DNA from: Candidatus Poribacteria bacterium
GTDB taxonomy: Bacteria; Poribacteria; WGA-4E; PCPOR2b
DNA: 64,000 bases
Direction of reading: 5' to 3'
NCBI GenBank assembly: GCA_965208325.1
Contig: OZ242326.1
Coordinates: 1,828,859 to 1,892,858 of the forward strand
In this document: positions 1 to 9,000 of the stretch, piece by piece
Numbering within the stretch: the first letter of the stretch is position 1
Layout of the letters: the number at the start of each line of letters is the position of its first letter
Translations under genes and position numbers: made by a program
The notes under the pieces: model-generated
What the model was told of the DNA's origin: nothing
Seen by the model: the letters and a program-made list of their open reading frames with translations, nothing else
The model's database searches: none

Positions 1-86
1 CAGTGCTTTTTAAGAAAAATGAATTGAGGTACATTATCAATACAAACGTGCAATACCAAGTTGCATTCGGAGGTGTTGTTTTCATC

Positions 87-344
87 ATGCGAAACGTCCT
101 CTTCAGTTTCATTTTTTTAATTCTCGTTGGTTGCCAGTGAACTTATCCCCATTGTTTAGACTGTCATCAACGGAAATTTAGGTGTAATGGCTACCCAATC
201 CGGCTACGCTTCAACACCATCGAAATTAGGATTTGCACGAAGGTTGTGACCGAAATTCGAGAACAGATTTTTATCGGGACTTTTGCTAACGGTAATTACC
301 TTGCAATCGTTAACGATTTGAAAACGAAGTTCAGCGTTTACTAA
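87..344 (+). pseudogene. Probable degraded lipoprotein gene
   Basis: GGAGG upstream; MRNVLFSFIFLILVGC signal/lipobox, in-frame TGA at 138-140, frame then open to TAA 342-344 ending CTKVVTEIREQIFIGTFANGNYLAIVND. Confidence 0.4.
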
Positions 345-374
345 TTTTACACCGTCTCGCTCTATTTGTCCTTC

Positions 375-2993
375 CTAAAACAACGTCCGATATAGAATCT
401 TGACGTTACGCCCCGGCTCCGGCATCACCGATTTGATTCTAGAAAGGTGTTGACGGAATTCAGTATTGAATATATTCTCGACAGTGGCTACAAATTGATG
501 TTGAAGTTGCCACATTGAGAACACTACCTGCAAGCCGGCGTCGTAGACGAGGTACCCGTCTGTCTTTTCTTCAAATTCGCCTAGCCGCTGCTGGTCGTCC
601 GAATACCGCGCTGTCAAATGCAAATTTAACGGTAGGGTAACGTAGCGCAATGCCACTCGTCCGTTGAGCGGCGGGATGCGTTCGAGCGGCAACCCGCTTG
701 CCGCCAAAGACCCTTTGACGTAACTCATGTGCGACTCTACATGAATTCGCGGGAAAATTTCGGCGTCAATACTGATTTCGGCACCGTCGAGGATAGCGTC
801 TTGCCCCTGGTATTGATATATCCACAGCCACCCTGCTGCGCCGCTACCCCATTCCTTTTCCCCGGTTTGGGTCGGGCTCAGATAGCCGTAAATCTGGTTG
901 CGAAAAACGGCGAGATTGAACTTCATACGGTTGCCTGAATAGCGCAGAAATGCTTCCGTACCGAAGCCATCCTCCGAACCGAGTTCAGCGTTGCCGATTT
1001 CATATGAAAATACCGCGAGATGCGGACCGTCGGAAAAGAGTTCTTCAATTCCGGGCGTGCGGAATGTTCTCATGAACGTGGCGCCCAACCCAAGGTTTTC
1101 GTTCCATTGATAGATGCTTGAGACTGCGCCTGACGCGCCTCCGAAGTCGCGCTGCTGTACCTTTCCTGCACGTATTTCGACACCTTCAACAAACGGCTCA
1201 ACCCTTTTCGCGTCGTAACGAAGCGCTGCCTGTAGTGTGAAGTGGTTGTATCGCTTCTGTTTGAAGAAGAACCCCGCCAAAGATATCTCCCGGGTGTGAG
1301 GTGTCCAGTAAAACCCACCCGTCGCATGGTCGCGATACTCGCTCCAAATTCCTGCAACTGCATCGCCGCGCAAGTGCAGCAGTGCGGTTGTGTTGTATGT
1401 CAATACACCGAACTCCACGCCGAGCGTGTTGTTGGATTCATACTCTTGGTGTTGATAGCGCGCGTAGGTCGAGTGCAGCTTAATTTTTTCGAGAAACGAT
1501 CCCTCAAACGCGTATTCCAGATTGCCCTCATACCGTTGGCGATCGAGGTCAATGGTAACACCTTGGATGTGGCCTTCGGGCGAGCCGGGGATTCCATAGT
1601 CTGAACGGTAGCGGCCGCCGGAAATCCCGATGTGCCCCCAATCCTTTACCACTGAAGCACCGGTTGAAAAATTGGTGTTTGATAACGACGTGTTTTCCAA
1701 AGTACCGACAGGTGTTTGAATATCGCCGGCGCGGCGGCGGTTCAGCTCCAACCGCCACGCGAGGTTACCGACCGGAATCGTTACTCCTGTTGTTCCGGTC
1801 AGCCCTGAGTTTACCGATTCACTCTGAAACGTGAAGTTCATCGTCGGCTGGTTGGGGAGAGTTTGCGGGATGGTCTCGCGCTTGACGTTGACTACGCCGC
1901 CGAGTGTGCTTGAACCGTAAAGCAGCGACGCTGGACCACGCGTGATCTCAATCTTTGCCGCGGTAGTTGGGTCAATCGCAACGGCATGGTCAGCAGAGGA
2001 TGCCGATTTATCGCCTGAGCGCCCGCCGTCTTCGAGGATGAGCAGACGGTTACCGCCCATTCCCCGGACAACCGGCCGTGCTGCCGATCGCCCCATCGTG
2101 CGCTGGGCGATTCCTAGCTCTCCACTAAGGGTCTCGGCAATAGTTGCGCCCATTTGTTGATTTAGCTTCTGATCAGAGAGTTTGAAATCGGTTGTTTTCT
2201 CAAACCGAGCGAGTTCGTCATCGTCAGCCGTGACAATGATTTCACCGAGCTGGACCGTGCTAGGTTTTAATTTTACATCCAGCCTTATCGGATCCGCATT
2301 GACAGCAATTTTCTGATTTAATGTCTCATAACCAACGCACATGAATTGCATTCCATGTGTCCCCAACACAATTTGACCAAACTGAAACAGCCCAGTTTCA
2401 TCAGTTCGCGATTGGATAGTCTTCCCCGCGGCAACAAGGGTAACCTCGACGTCCGAGATTGGATTTTTCGTCTCAGCGTCAATCACTTGTCCTGAAACGG
2501 AAACGGTGCGGGGCGCGGACAATCCGTCTACATTATGCGTCAAGAGAATGGCAAAAAGAGAGAACGTAAAAAGTTTAATTGGAGTTATTTCTTTGACCTT
2601 GTTCGACAATTTGCAGAGTTGACACATACGGCAGAGATGGCGATTGATGAGGTGAACAACTGCTAGCAGAAGTCCGCCCATAGCTATGAAGATTACTTCG
2701 CTCCCCTCTGATGCGTGAAACCGTGCAATGTAGATGAGTGTTAATGCACCACCGAGCATTAGAAACACTCGCCATTTTCGGTGGTGCCGATAGCCCCACG
2801 TGAAACTGCCGACAGCAACTCCCACTGCGCCGACAACCAACGCCAACTCCGCTGACTCGCTGAGAATAAACCCAAGCCCAACCAGAGGCAATACGGTCAT
2901 CAAGAGCGGGGCTGCCATACAGTGGACGGCACACGCAAACGACAAGCATGCGCCTACATTGTCCACGACTGTGTGATTCAGATATCTGTTCAA
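375..2993 (-). CDS. TonB-dependent receptor (ZnuD-like) with N-terminal MerC domain and carboxypeptidase-regulatory-like domain
   Basis: aa 1-125 MerC-like (CAVHC, 4 hydrophobic segments); VSGQVIDAETKNPI domain; plug RPVVRGMGGNR, SADHAVAIDP, RGPASLLYGS; C-terminal PEPGRN..F. Confidence 0.9.
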   Translation of the reverse strand: MNRYLNHTVVDNVGACLSFACAVHCMAAPLLMTVLPLVGLGFILSESAELALVVGAVGVAVGSFTWGYRHHRKWRVFLMLGGALTLIYIARFHASEGSEVIFIAMGGLLLAVVHLINRHLCRMCQLCKLSNKVKEITPIKLFTFSLFAILLTHNVDGLSAPRTVSVSGQVIDAETKNPISDVEVTLVAAGKTIQSRTDETGLFQFGQIVLGTHGMQFMCVGYETLNQKIAVNADPIRLDVKLKPSTVQLGEIIVTADDDELARFEKTTDFKLSDQKLNQQMGATIAETLSGELGIAQRTMGRSAARPVVRGMGGNRLLILEDGGRSGDKSASSADHAVAIDPTTAAKIEITRGPASLLYGSSTLGGVVNVKRETIPQTLPNQPTMNFTFQSESVNSGLTGTTGVTIPVGNLAWRLELNRRRAGDIQTPVGTLENTSLSNTNFSTGASVVKDWGHIGISGGRYRSDYGIPGSPEGHIQGVTIDLDRQRYEGNLEYAFEGSFLEKIKLHSTYARYQHQEYESNNTLGVEFGVLTYNTTALLHLRGDAVAGIWSEYRDHATGGFYWTPHTREISLAGFFFKQKRYNHFTLQAALRYDAKRVEPFVEGVEIRAGKVQQRDFGGASGAVSSIYQWNENLGLGATFMRTFRTPGIEELFSDGPHLAVFSYEIGNAELGSEDGFGTEAFLRYSGNRMKFNLAVFRNQIYGYLSPTQTGEKEWGSGAAGWLWIYQYQGQDAILDGAEISIDAEIFPRIHVESHMSYVKGSLAASGLPLERIPPLNGRVALRYVTLPLNLHLTARYSDDQQRLGEFEEKTDGYLVYDAGLQVVFSMWQLQHQFVATVENIFNTEFRQHLSRIKSVMPEPGRNVKILYRTLF

Positions 2994-3051
2994 TTATTGG
3001 CTCCTAACGTCATACGTTACTTTTACCGGTTTCCGCTTTGCCGGTCCGGCA

Positions 3052-3083
3052 TGCCAAATCCGAATTAATCGCTAGATTTGGCA
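3052..3083 (-). other. Intergenic stem-loop between lipoprotein and merC (same in copy B)
   Basis: TGCCAAATC-N14-GATTTGGCA inverted repeat. Confidence 0.6.
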
Positions 3084-3110
3084 CGCTGACAGGCAAACTT
3101 ATGTCTTCGG

Positions 3111-3743
3111 TTACGGCGTAACCGTTACGGGAATCAAGAGCGCCGCCGTGAAATCGGGATGGTCGCCGTGCATGAGTTGGAGCTTGATTTGCGTTTGACC
3201 GGCTTTAAGCCCTTTTACCTCAAAGGTGAATTGCTCGGCAAGCTCATCGCCGTGTTCATCGTGTTCCTCATGCTCATCATGTTCCTCATGCTCATCGTCA
3301 TCGTCATGCTCATCGTCATCGTCGTGATCATCATGCTCATCGTGTTCGTCGTGATCGTCGTGGTAAAGGTGTACCTCAATGATTGATGAATCATATCCGC
3401 TGAGCGCTAAAGCAAACACCTCTTCCTCGCCATGTTCGTGGTCGTGGTCGTCTTCCTCTTCCGGATTCTCAGGAAAAAATTCATGGCTGTCGTGGTCAAG
3501 GAACGCGGTCAGAACGTCGAGTTCCTCTCCGACTTTGAGCGTGATACCTCCCGAATGCTCCCCTTCAAATTGACGGTATATCTCGTTCCCGTCAACCTTG
3601 AGGACAAAACCGTCTGCATCGGCGTGAAAGGGTTCATCGTCATGGCCATTGTCGACAATAGGATTGTCGTCTTCACCGCAAGCAGCGAAAAGTGCAACAG
3701 ATATGAGTAACAACAACGTAAAACGTAAAACAGGTGTAAACAT
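3111..3743 (-). CDS. His/Asp-rich lipoprotein, putative metal-binding
   Basis: GGAGG RBS before ATG 3743; lipobox LFAAC; HDDHDEHDEH tracts; C-terminal MHGDHPDF. Confidence 0.85.
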   Translation of the reverse strand: MFTPVLRFTLLLLISVALFAACGEDDNPIVDNGHDDEPFHADADGFVLKVDGNEIYRQFEGEHSGGITLKVGEELDVLTAFLDHDSHEFFPENPEEEDDHDHEHGEEEVFALALSGYDSSIIEVHLYHDDHDEHDEHDDHDDDDEHDDDDEHEEHDEHEEHDEHGDELAEQFTFEVKGLKAGQTQIKLQLMHGDHPDFTAALLIPVTVTP

Positions 3744-3902
3744 AATTTCCTCCAGACATAGATAGACTGTATTTCCCAAGCATCACGACTGATGAAACAG
3801 TGAAAAATAGGCAGACTACTGCCGAGACTATACACAAGTCAGCCGGGAAAGACAGATAAAGATTTGGTCAATAAAGACAGCGATATGAGATAAATGAGCA
3901 GT

Positions 3903-4208
3903 TTAAACGGGGATAGTCGGCGGGGCGCGACTCCGGACGCATTTGTCAAGAATCGTAGAAATGAAAGGTAAGGTGATTGGTCGGCGAATTGAGATGCAGA
4001 TGTCGAGATTGGTGACATCAACGGGGGTGAGTTCGATACCGACGTGGTTGGCATTGAAGAAACAGGCGGAGCAGTGTTCTGAACAGCAATCAACATGCTC
4101 ATGGTCGTGCGCAAGCGAGATAAGGTTTACCGTTATCAGGTAATAGACGATTCCAATCGCTATTGCCCAGGCCACGCTGTTTGGGTGGATTCTAATCTTC
4201 TGCAACAC
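3903..4208 (-). CDS. DUF2946/CruR-like leader peptide with CxxC and C-terminal RAPP motif
   Basis: Hydrophobic N-terminus, HDHEHVDCCSEHCSAC, RSRAPPTIPV*; RBS GAGGTGAGGAG; frame conserved in copy B. Confidence 0.8.
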   Translation of the reverse strand: MLQKIRIHPNSVAWAIAIGIVYYLITVNLISLAHDHEHVDCCSEHCSACFFNANHVGIELTPVDVTNLDICISIRRPITLPFISTILDKCVRSRAPPTIPV

Positions 4209-4254
4209 TCCTCACCTCATTCATACGTACGAAAATTCGCCAACACAGGACAGT

Positions 4255-4283
4255 ATATTAGCACAACCGATCGGTTTTGTCCA
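4255..4283 (-). promoter_or_regulatory. Sigma70-type promoter with palindrome in spacer
   Basis: TGGACA-17-TAATAT with extended TG; AACCGATCGGTT at 4265-4276; conserved in copy B. Confidence 0.6.
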
Positions 4284-4463
4284 ATTTTTCTGTTTCAAAA
4301 AATCGAACCCAGTGGGTATGACCGCCAATTCATCGCACTGATTGAGCTAATGATATTGTTGATTCACCCGTCATCGGTAGTAAAGTTTAGATTAAAAGAT
4401 TTCTATCCAGTCTCTCCTAAAATGCTGTACTATTTCCAATTTGGATTTGGCTTGCGCGTTGGC

Positions 4464-5753
4464 TCATTGGGGCTGTCTTTCGACCCCGATGGTGTGGACA
4501 ATCAGGTTAACGCCCCATTCTAGCCACCTTTCATTCTCGGAATTTTCTCCCCATTTTAATCCAATTCCAGCGGCGTCGTAGAACACGGCGGTTCGTCCAT
4601 TGAGCCTAAGCGCATAAAATTCGCCGCGCTTTTTGACGACACGCGGCGCCCCTTTCTTAAATTCAAAAAAGCTGCGGCAGACGGCATCCTTTCGATTTAT
4701 CGGCACGAAATGTGCTTTCTGACCGACAATCTTCCAAACCTCGAATCGAATGGAGTTTGCCACGGGACCTTCAGTCCCCCATGCGGTGGATATGTCCGAA
4801 AAAAGGAGCGTTCCGCCGCTCTGCAGGTAGGTTCGCAGGTTCGCGCGCTCCGTTTCGGAGAAGGTAAACGCATCTCTGGCTGCGATGTAGACTAGCGGAA
4901 TGCGGTGAATATCGGGCGAAGCAAGCGGCATCGTCTCAGGCAAAAGTTGCGTCCGTACCTTCGTCCATCTATTCATCGCATACACCAAGCGATTCAAAGC
5001 TTGGGCACGAATGGCATCTGCCGCGTCCTCGTATTGGACAACGACGATATTGTAATACCCTGTAATCGCACGTCCGGAACCGCGTACCTCCACCTGAGCC
5101 GTGTTTCCCGCGTTACTTTGAATTTTGTCAAGGATGCCGGCGGCACGGCTTGGCGCAATTACCTTTCCCTCAGAAGCCATTCGTCCATCTATCGGCGAAC
5201 TGCTCACTGACAAGTTGGGTTGGGAAACCGCATCCGCACTTAGCTCAACGTTCGTTTGGAATTCGGTCTCCGCCACCGGATTCAAGCTTACCCGAGCGGG
5301 GGAGTGCACGACTGTTGCTGATTGCGTTGCCAGGGGTCCCGTGCGAATCGGCACCGCAGCGACACGCCGGTTAATTGGATTCTTTCGATCCATGTCAACC
5401 GCGGCAATCTGCCGGTGCGGCCGTTTTCGGCGTTTGAGCGGCGATGGGTTCGGCAACGACACAACCGCCACTTGTATGGCAGACTCCGCAACTGGGTGCG
5501 GAGTAGGCAACATCGCCACCCATAAAAGGATAAAGGCGTTCAGCACAAGTGATAACAGCCAAGCTGTTGCGGCAATTCTCCGCCGACGGGCGACTGTAGG
5601 TAAGCGCGGCGCGGCTAACACTTCCTTTTTGCGTCCGGCAGTGAACTTGGGGCGTGACGGGAGCGATTCGGAATATTGGCGTACCTTACGGCGTCTACGC
5701 TTTGCCCTAGTGTAATTCAAGCGAGCAATTTGCCGATAACGTGAGTGATTCAT
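4464..5753 (-). CDS. Membrane-anchored DUF4159-domain protein
   Basis: One TM segment, Pro/Ala/Ser linker, PLVYI..FTFSETERANLRTYLQSGGTLLFSD and GVNLIV C-terminal motifs. Confidence 0.75.
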   Translation of the reverse strand: MNHSRYRQIARLNYTRAKRRRRKVRQYSESLPSRPKFTAGRKKEVLAAPRLPTVARRRRIAATAWLLSLVLNAFILLWVAMLPTPHPVAESAIQVAVVSLPNPSPLKRRKRPHRQIAAVDMDRKNPINRRVAAVPIRTGPLATQSATVVHSPARVSLNPVAETEFQTNVELSADAVSQPNLSVSSSPIDGRMASEGKVIAPSRAAGILDKIQSNAGNTAQVEVRGSGRAITGYYNIVVVQYEDAADAIRAQALNRLVYAMNRWTKVRTQLLPETMPLASPDIHRIPLVYIAARDAFTFSETERANLRTYLQSGGTLLFSDISTAWGTEGPVANSIRFEVWKIVGQKAHFVPINRKDAVCRSFFEFKKGAPRVVKKRGEFYALRLNGRTAVFYDAAGIGLKWGENSENERWLEWGVNLIVHTIGVERQPQ

Positions 5754-6017
5754 AAGTTAAATCCAAAGACGCTTCTGTTTTTCGGTTCCCTGCCGTGAGT
5801 ACCGCGTTTAACATGCTAGGAACGGTTGTAATGTTCCGCCGCCAGGTGGGTACTCGCGTCCCGAGTATTGGGTGCAAGGACATCGCCTTTGTAAACATCG
5901 TCAAGACTTTTCCGGTGCTGTATAATCCTGTTCCCTGAGAAACGGATTGAAAAATCAATCCGTTTTCACGCTTCAGATTCTGATTGTGTCCATGTAGACG
6001 GCGAACAGAACAAGACA

Positions 6018-9000
6018 CTATTTTTCGCTTGCGTACGCGCGATAATCCTCGGTGCGGAATATTGTCCACAGTTCTGTAGACAGATCATAACGACACACAC
6101 CAGCAGAAAACGTACCTACCCACACGTATTTGCCGTCCAGGCTAATGCTGCGGATGTTGTTGTCGGATAAGCCATTATCAATGTTGAATCTATCCCACCG
6201 TTCTTCGGCGCGGTTGTATCGGCTGAGTCCTTCGCCAGCGGTGCCAACCCAGACGTATTTTTCGCCTGCAGTGATTGTACTGATGTCGTTTCCGATGAGT
6301 CCGTCTAACACTGTTAGCGTTCCCCACCGCCCTTGCGGCGCATTGTACCGGAATACGCCTTGTCTCGTGCCGACCCACATGTTTTCGGGGTCAGAAGCCA
6401 GTGCAGTGATTTCGGCATTCTTAAGATATGAAGGCACTTCAAACGTGTTCGCCGGCGCCAGTCGTTGAGAATCTATTTCAAAAACTTTCAATCCGATTTC
6501 CCGTCCAAGCCAGAGTTGATTGTTTAGAAACGCCATCGCGGTGCAGCCTACAATCCCTAAATCTTCGGGCGTGGTTTCTAAGCTTTCAGTCAATCCAGCC
6601 CCGGTCTGCACGCGTGTATGTTCAACGATTTGAGCGTTCGTTATCAAAAGCCAAGAGTCCGCTTTCCGGTCATAAATTGCGATTTGGTTGTCGCTGAGCA
6701 CCCAAACCTTACTGTCTCGCGGCTGAATATGGCGCACCCACGGGAGAAGTGGGTGGATTTCCCTAGCCGCATTTGCGGCTTTATCGTAGATGATGACGCC
6801 CGCGTCCGTGCCAAGCCAGAGCTGGCCGAGGACGGGGGCGATTGCTCGCACGGTCGGCATCGGCGGGAATTCGACGTTTACTGTTATGAGCGGCGACGGC
6901 ACAGTCGGGTCGCCGGGTTGCGGGGTTCTGCCTTCAACTATTCGTTGAATGATTGCAATCGCCTCCTCGCGCGCGACATCTGGATGGTAATCAACGTAAA
7001 CCTTGCGCGTCCGGGCGGGATTGTTAGCTTGCAAAGCGGATTCAACCGCCCGTGCATTTTCATCTACACGCCGTTGTAAATTGGCAAACTCCTCATTTTC
7101 GGCGTCATCAAGTGGAAAACCTAAATTCGCAATTCGCCAAGAGTGCGAGATCTTGTCGTATTTGGCTAAACCGAGACGAGTACCCACCCACAGAAAATCG
7201 CCATCCGACGCAACGGCTTTGATGTTGTTGCTAATCAAAGCCGAGGCATTTGATTCGATGTCTTCGAGGGCTTCCGAATAGGTTGTCCAATCGCCCTTAA
7301 CCCAGTGATGCCGCGCTAATCCGGCATTCGTACCGAACCAGATTTCATCTCCGTCAATCGCGACGACCTGTACGTGGTTGGAGGGGAGCCCATGCGCCTC
7401 GGTGAAATCGCTGGACAGGTCAGTGATCTGATTGTAAAGCGTTATGCCGTCGGAGGTGCCAATCCAGTGATATTTCTCCATTGAACCGATGCTTTTGGCG
7501 TCGTTGGCAGCGAGGCCATCCGCCTGAGAATACGGCGTCATGGATTCGACCTCCTTGTCGTACATGGTGACGCCGCCCGGCGTGGCGAGGAAGATGTACT
7601 TCTCTTCGACATTTATTGAGGTGACGATGTTGTTGATCAAGCCGTCGTCGGTGGTGTAGACCGCCCACTGACTCTCATCGGGCATGTATTTCGCCGCTCC
7701 CTGATTTGTGCCGAACCAGACGTAATCCCCATCAACCGCGACCGACCAAACAACATCATCGGGAAGCCCGTCTTTTTTTGTCAACGTTTGCCAGGTCCCC
7801 GCCTTGGTGTCGAATCGAGAGACACCGCTCTGTGTGGTTATCCACACGCTGTTTCCGTCTCGCGCGAGCGCGTTTACGCGATTATCGCAAAGCCCATCGG
7901 CAGTGGTTAGGGATGTCCACCTATCTAAGACCCAGTTGTATCGGCTGACACCGCCGTGCGTTCCGACCCACAGTTCGTTTTCCAACAGCAACAGACTCGA
8001 CACGTAATTGTGTTGAAGCCCATCTCGATTTGTATAGTTGAGCCAAGTATCCGCCGTTTTATCGTACCGGCTGATTCCCCGCGGCGTGCCGAAAAAAGCG
8101 TAATCATCGTTGATGACGATGGCGCGAATATCTTTGGCGACAAGCACTTCTTCATGACCGCGCTCGCGGCTTGGGGCGTATGCCCACCACGAATCGTTGG
8201 GCTTGTTGTACCGGTAGATACCGCCATCCGTCGCAACCCAGACGTATTCATGCGACGGGTGAATATCATGAATGCGTACTGTTGAAAGACCCGGCGCATC
8301 ATCGTCCGTGAACTCCCGTGTTTGCCCGGATGCCAAGTCGTACCGTATCAGATTTCGCCAACCACCGCCCCAAATTTCCCTGTCGTCCAGGGCGACGACA
8401 TCAATACTCGCTTCGCGGCCGATTTCCAGCTTTTGCCAGTTTTCACCTGATTTATCGTCGTGTAGATAAACGCCTGTTTCAGTGGCGACACAGGTGGTAC
8501 CGCCGGATTGATCTAAAGCCAGAATAGGCATGCCTTCAAAGGCATGCGTGGTGCGCCATTTCTGCGCCGATTTTTCGTACCGAGACAGCCCACTACCTGT
8601 GCCAACCCAGAGGTATTGCGAACCCGCGGCGAGGTCTGTGATTTTGTCATTGGCTAACCCTAACCGACTTGAGAACGCGGTCCACTCTTGCGTCGAATTG
8701 TCGTATCGGTTTAAGCCGCGTGTGGTGCCGACCCAAATCGACTTACCATCAACCCGGATTTTCGTAATTTCATCGGCAACCAATCCACTTTTCGCCGCGC
8801 GAAAGTAATCCCACGTTTTGTTGAATTTTTCGAACCGCGAAATTCCACGGTCGCTGCCTATCCATACGTAGTTGCCCACGACATCAAGACAGGAGATAGC
8901 CCCGGCGCCCAAGCCATCTTCGTTAGTATAGGATTTCCACCGTTCGGTTTTTGGATTAAACCGACTTATTGCTTTCTGAGTCACCAGCCAAACGCCGTCG

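Larger units (their letters stand above)
2600..4340. repeat. Copy A of ~1.7-kb direct duplication (promoter, RAPP leader, His-rich lipoprotein, MerC)
   Basis: Near-identical to 25140-26886, offset about 22540. Confidence 0.95.
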
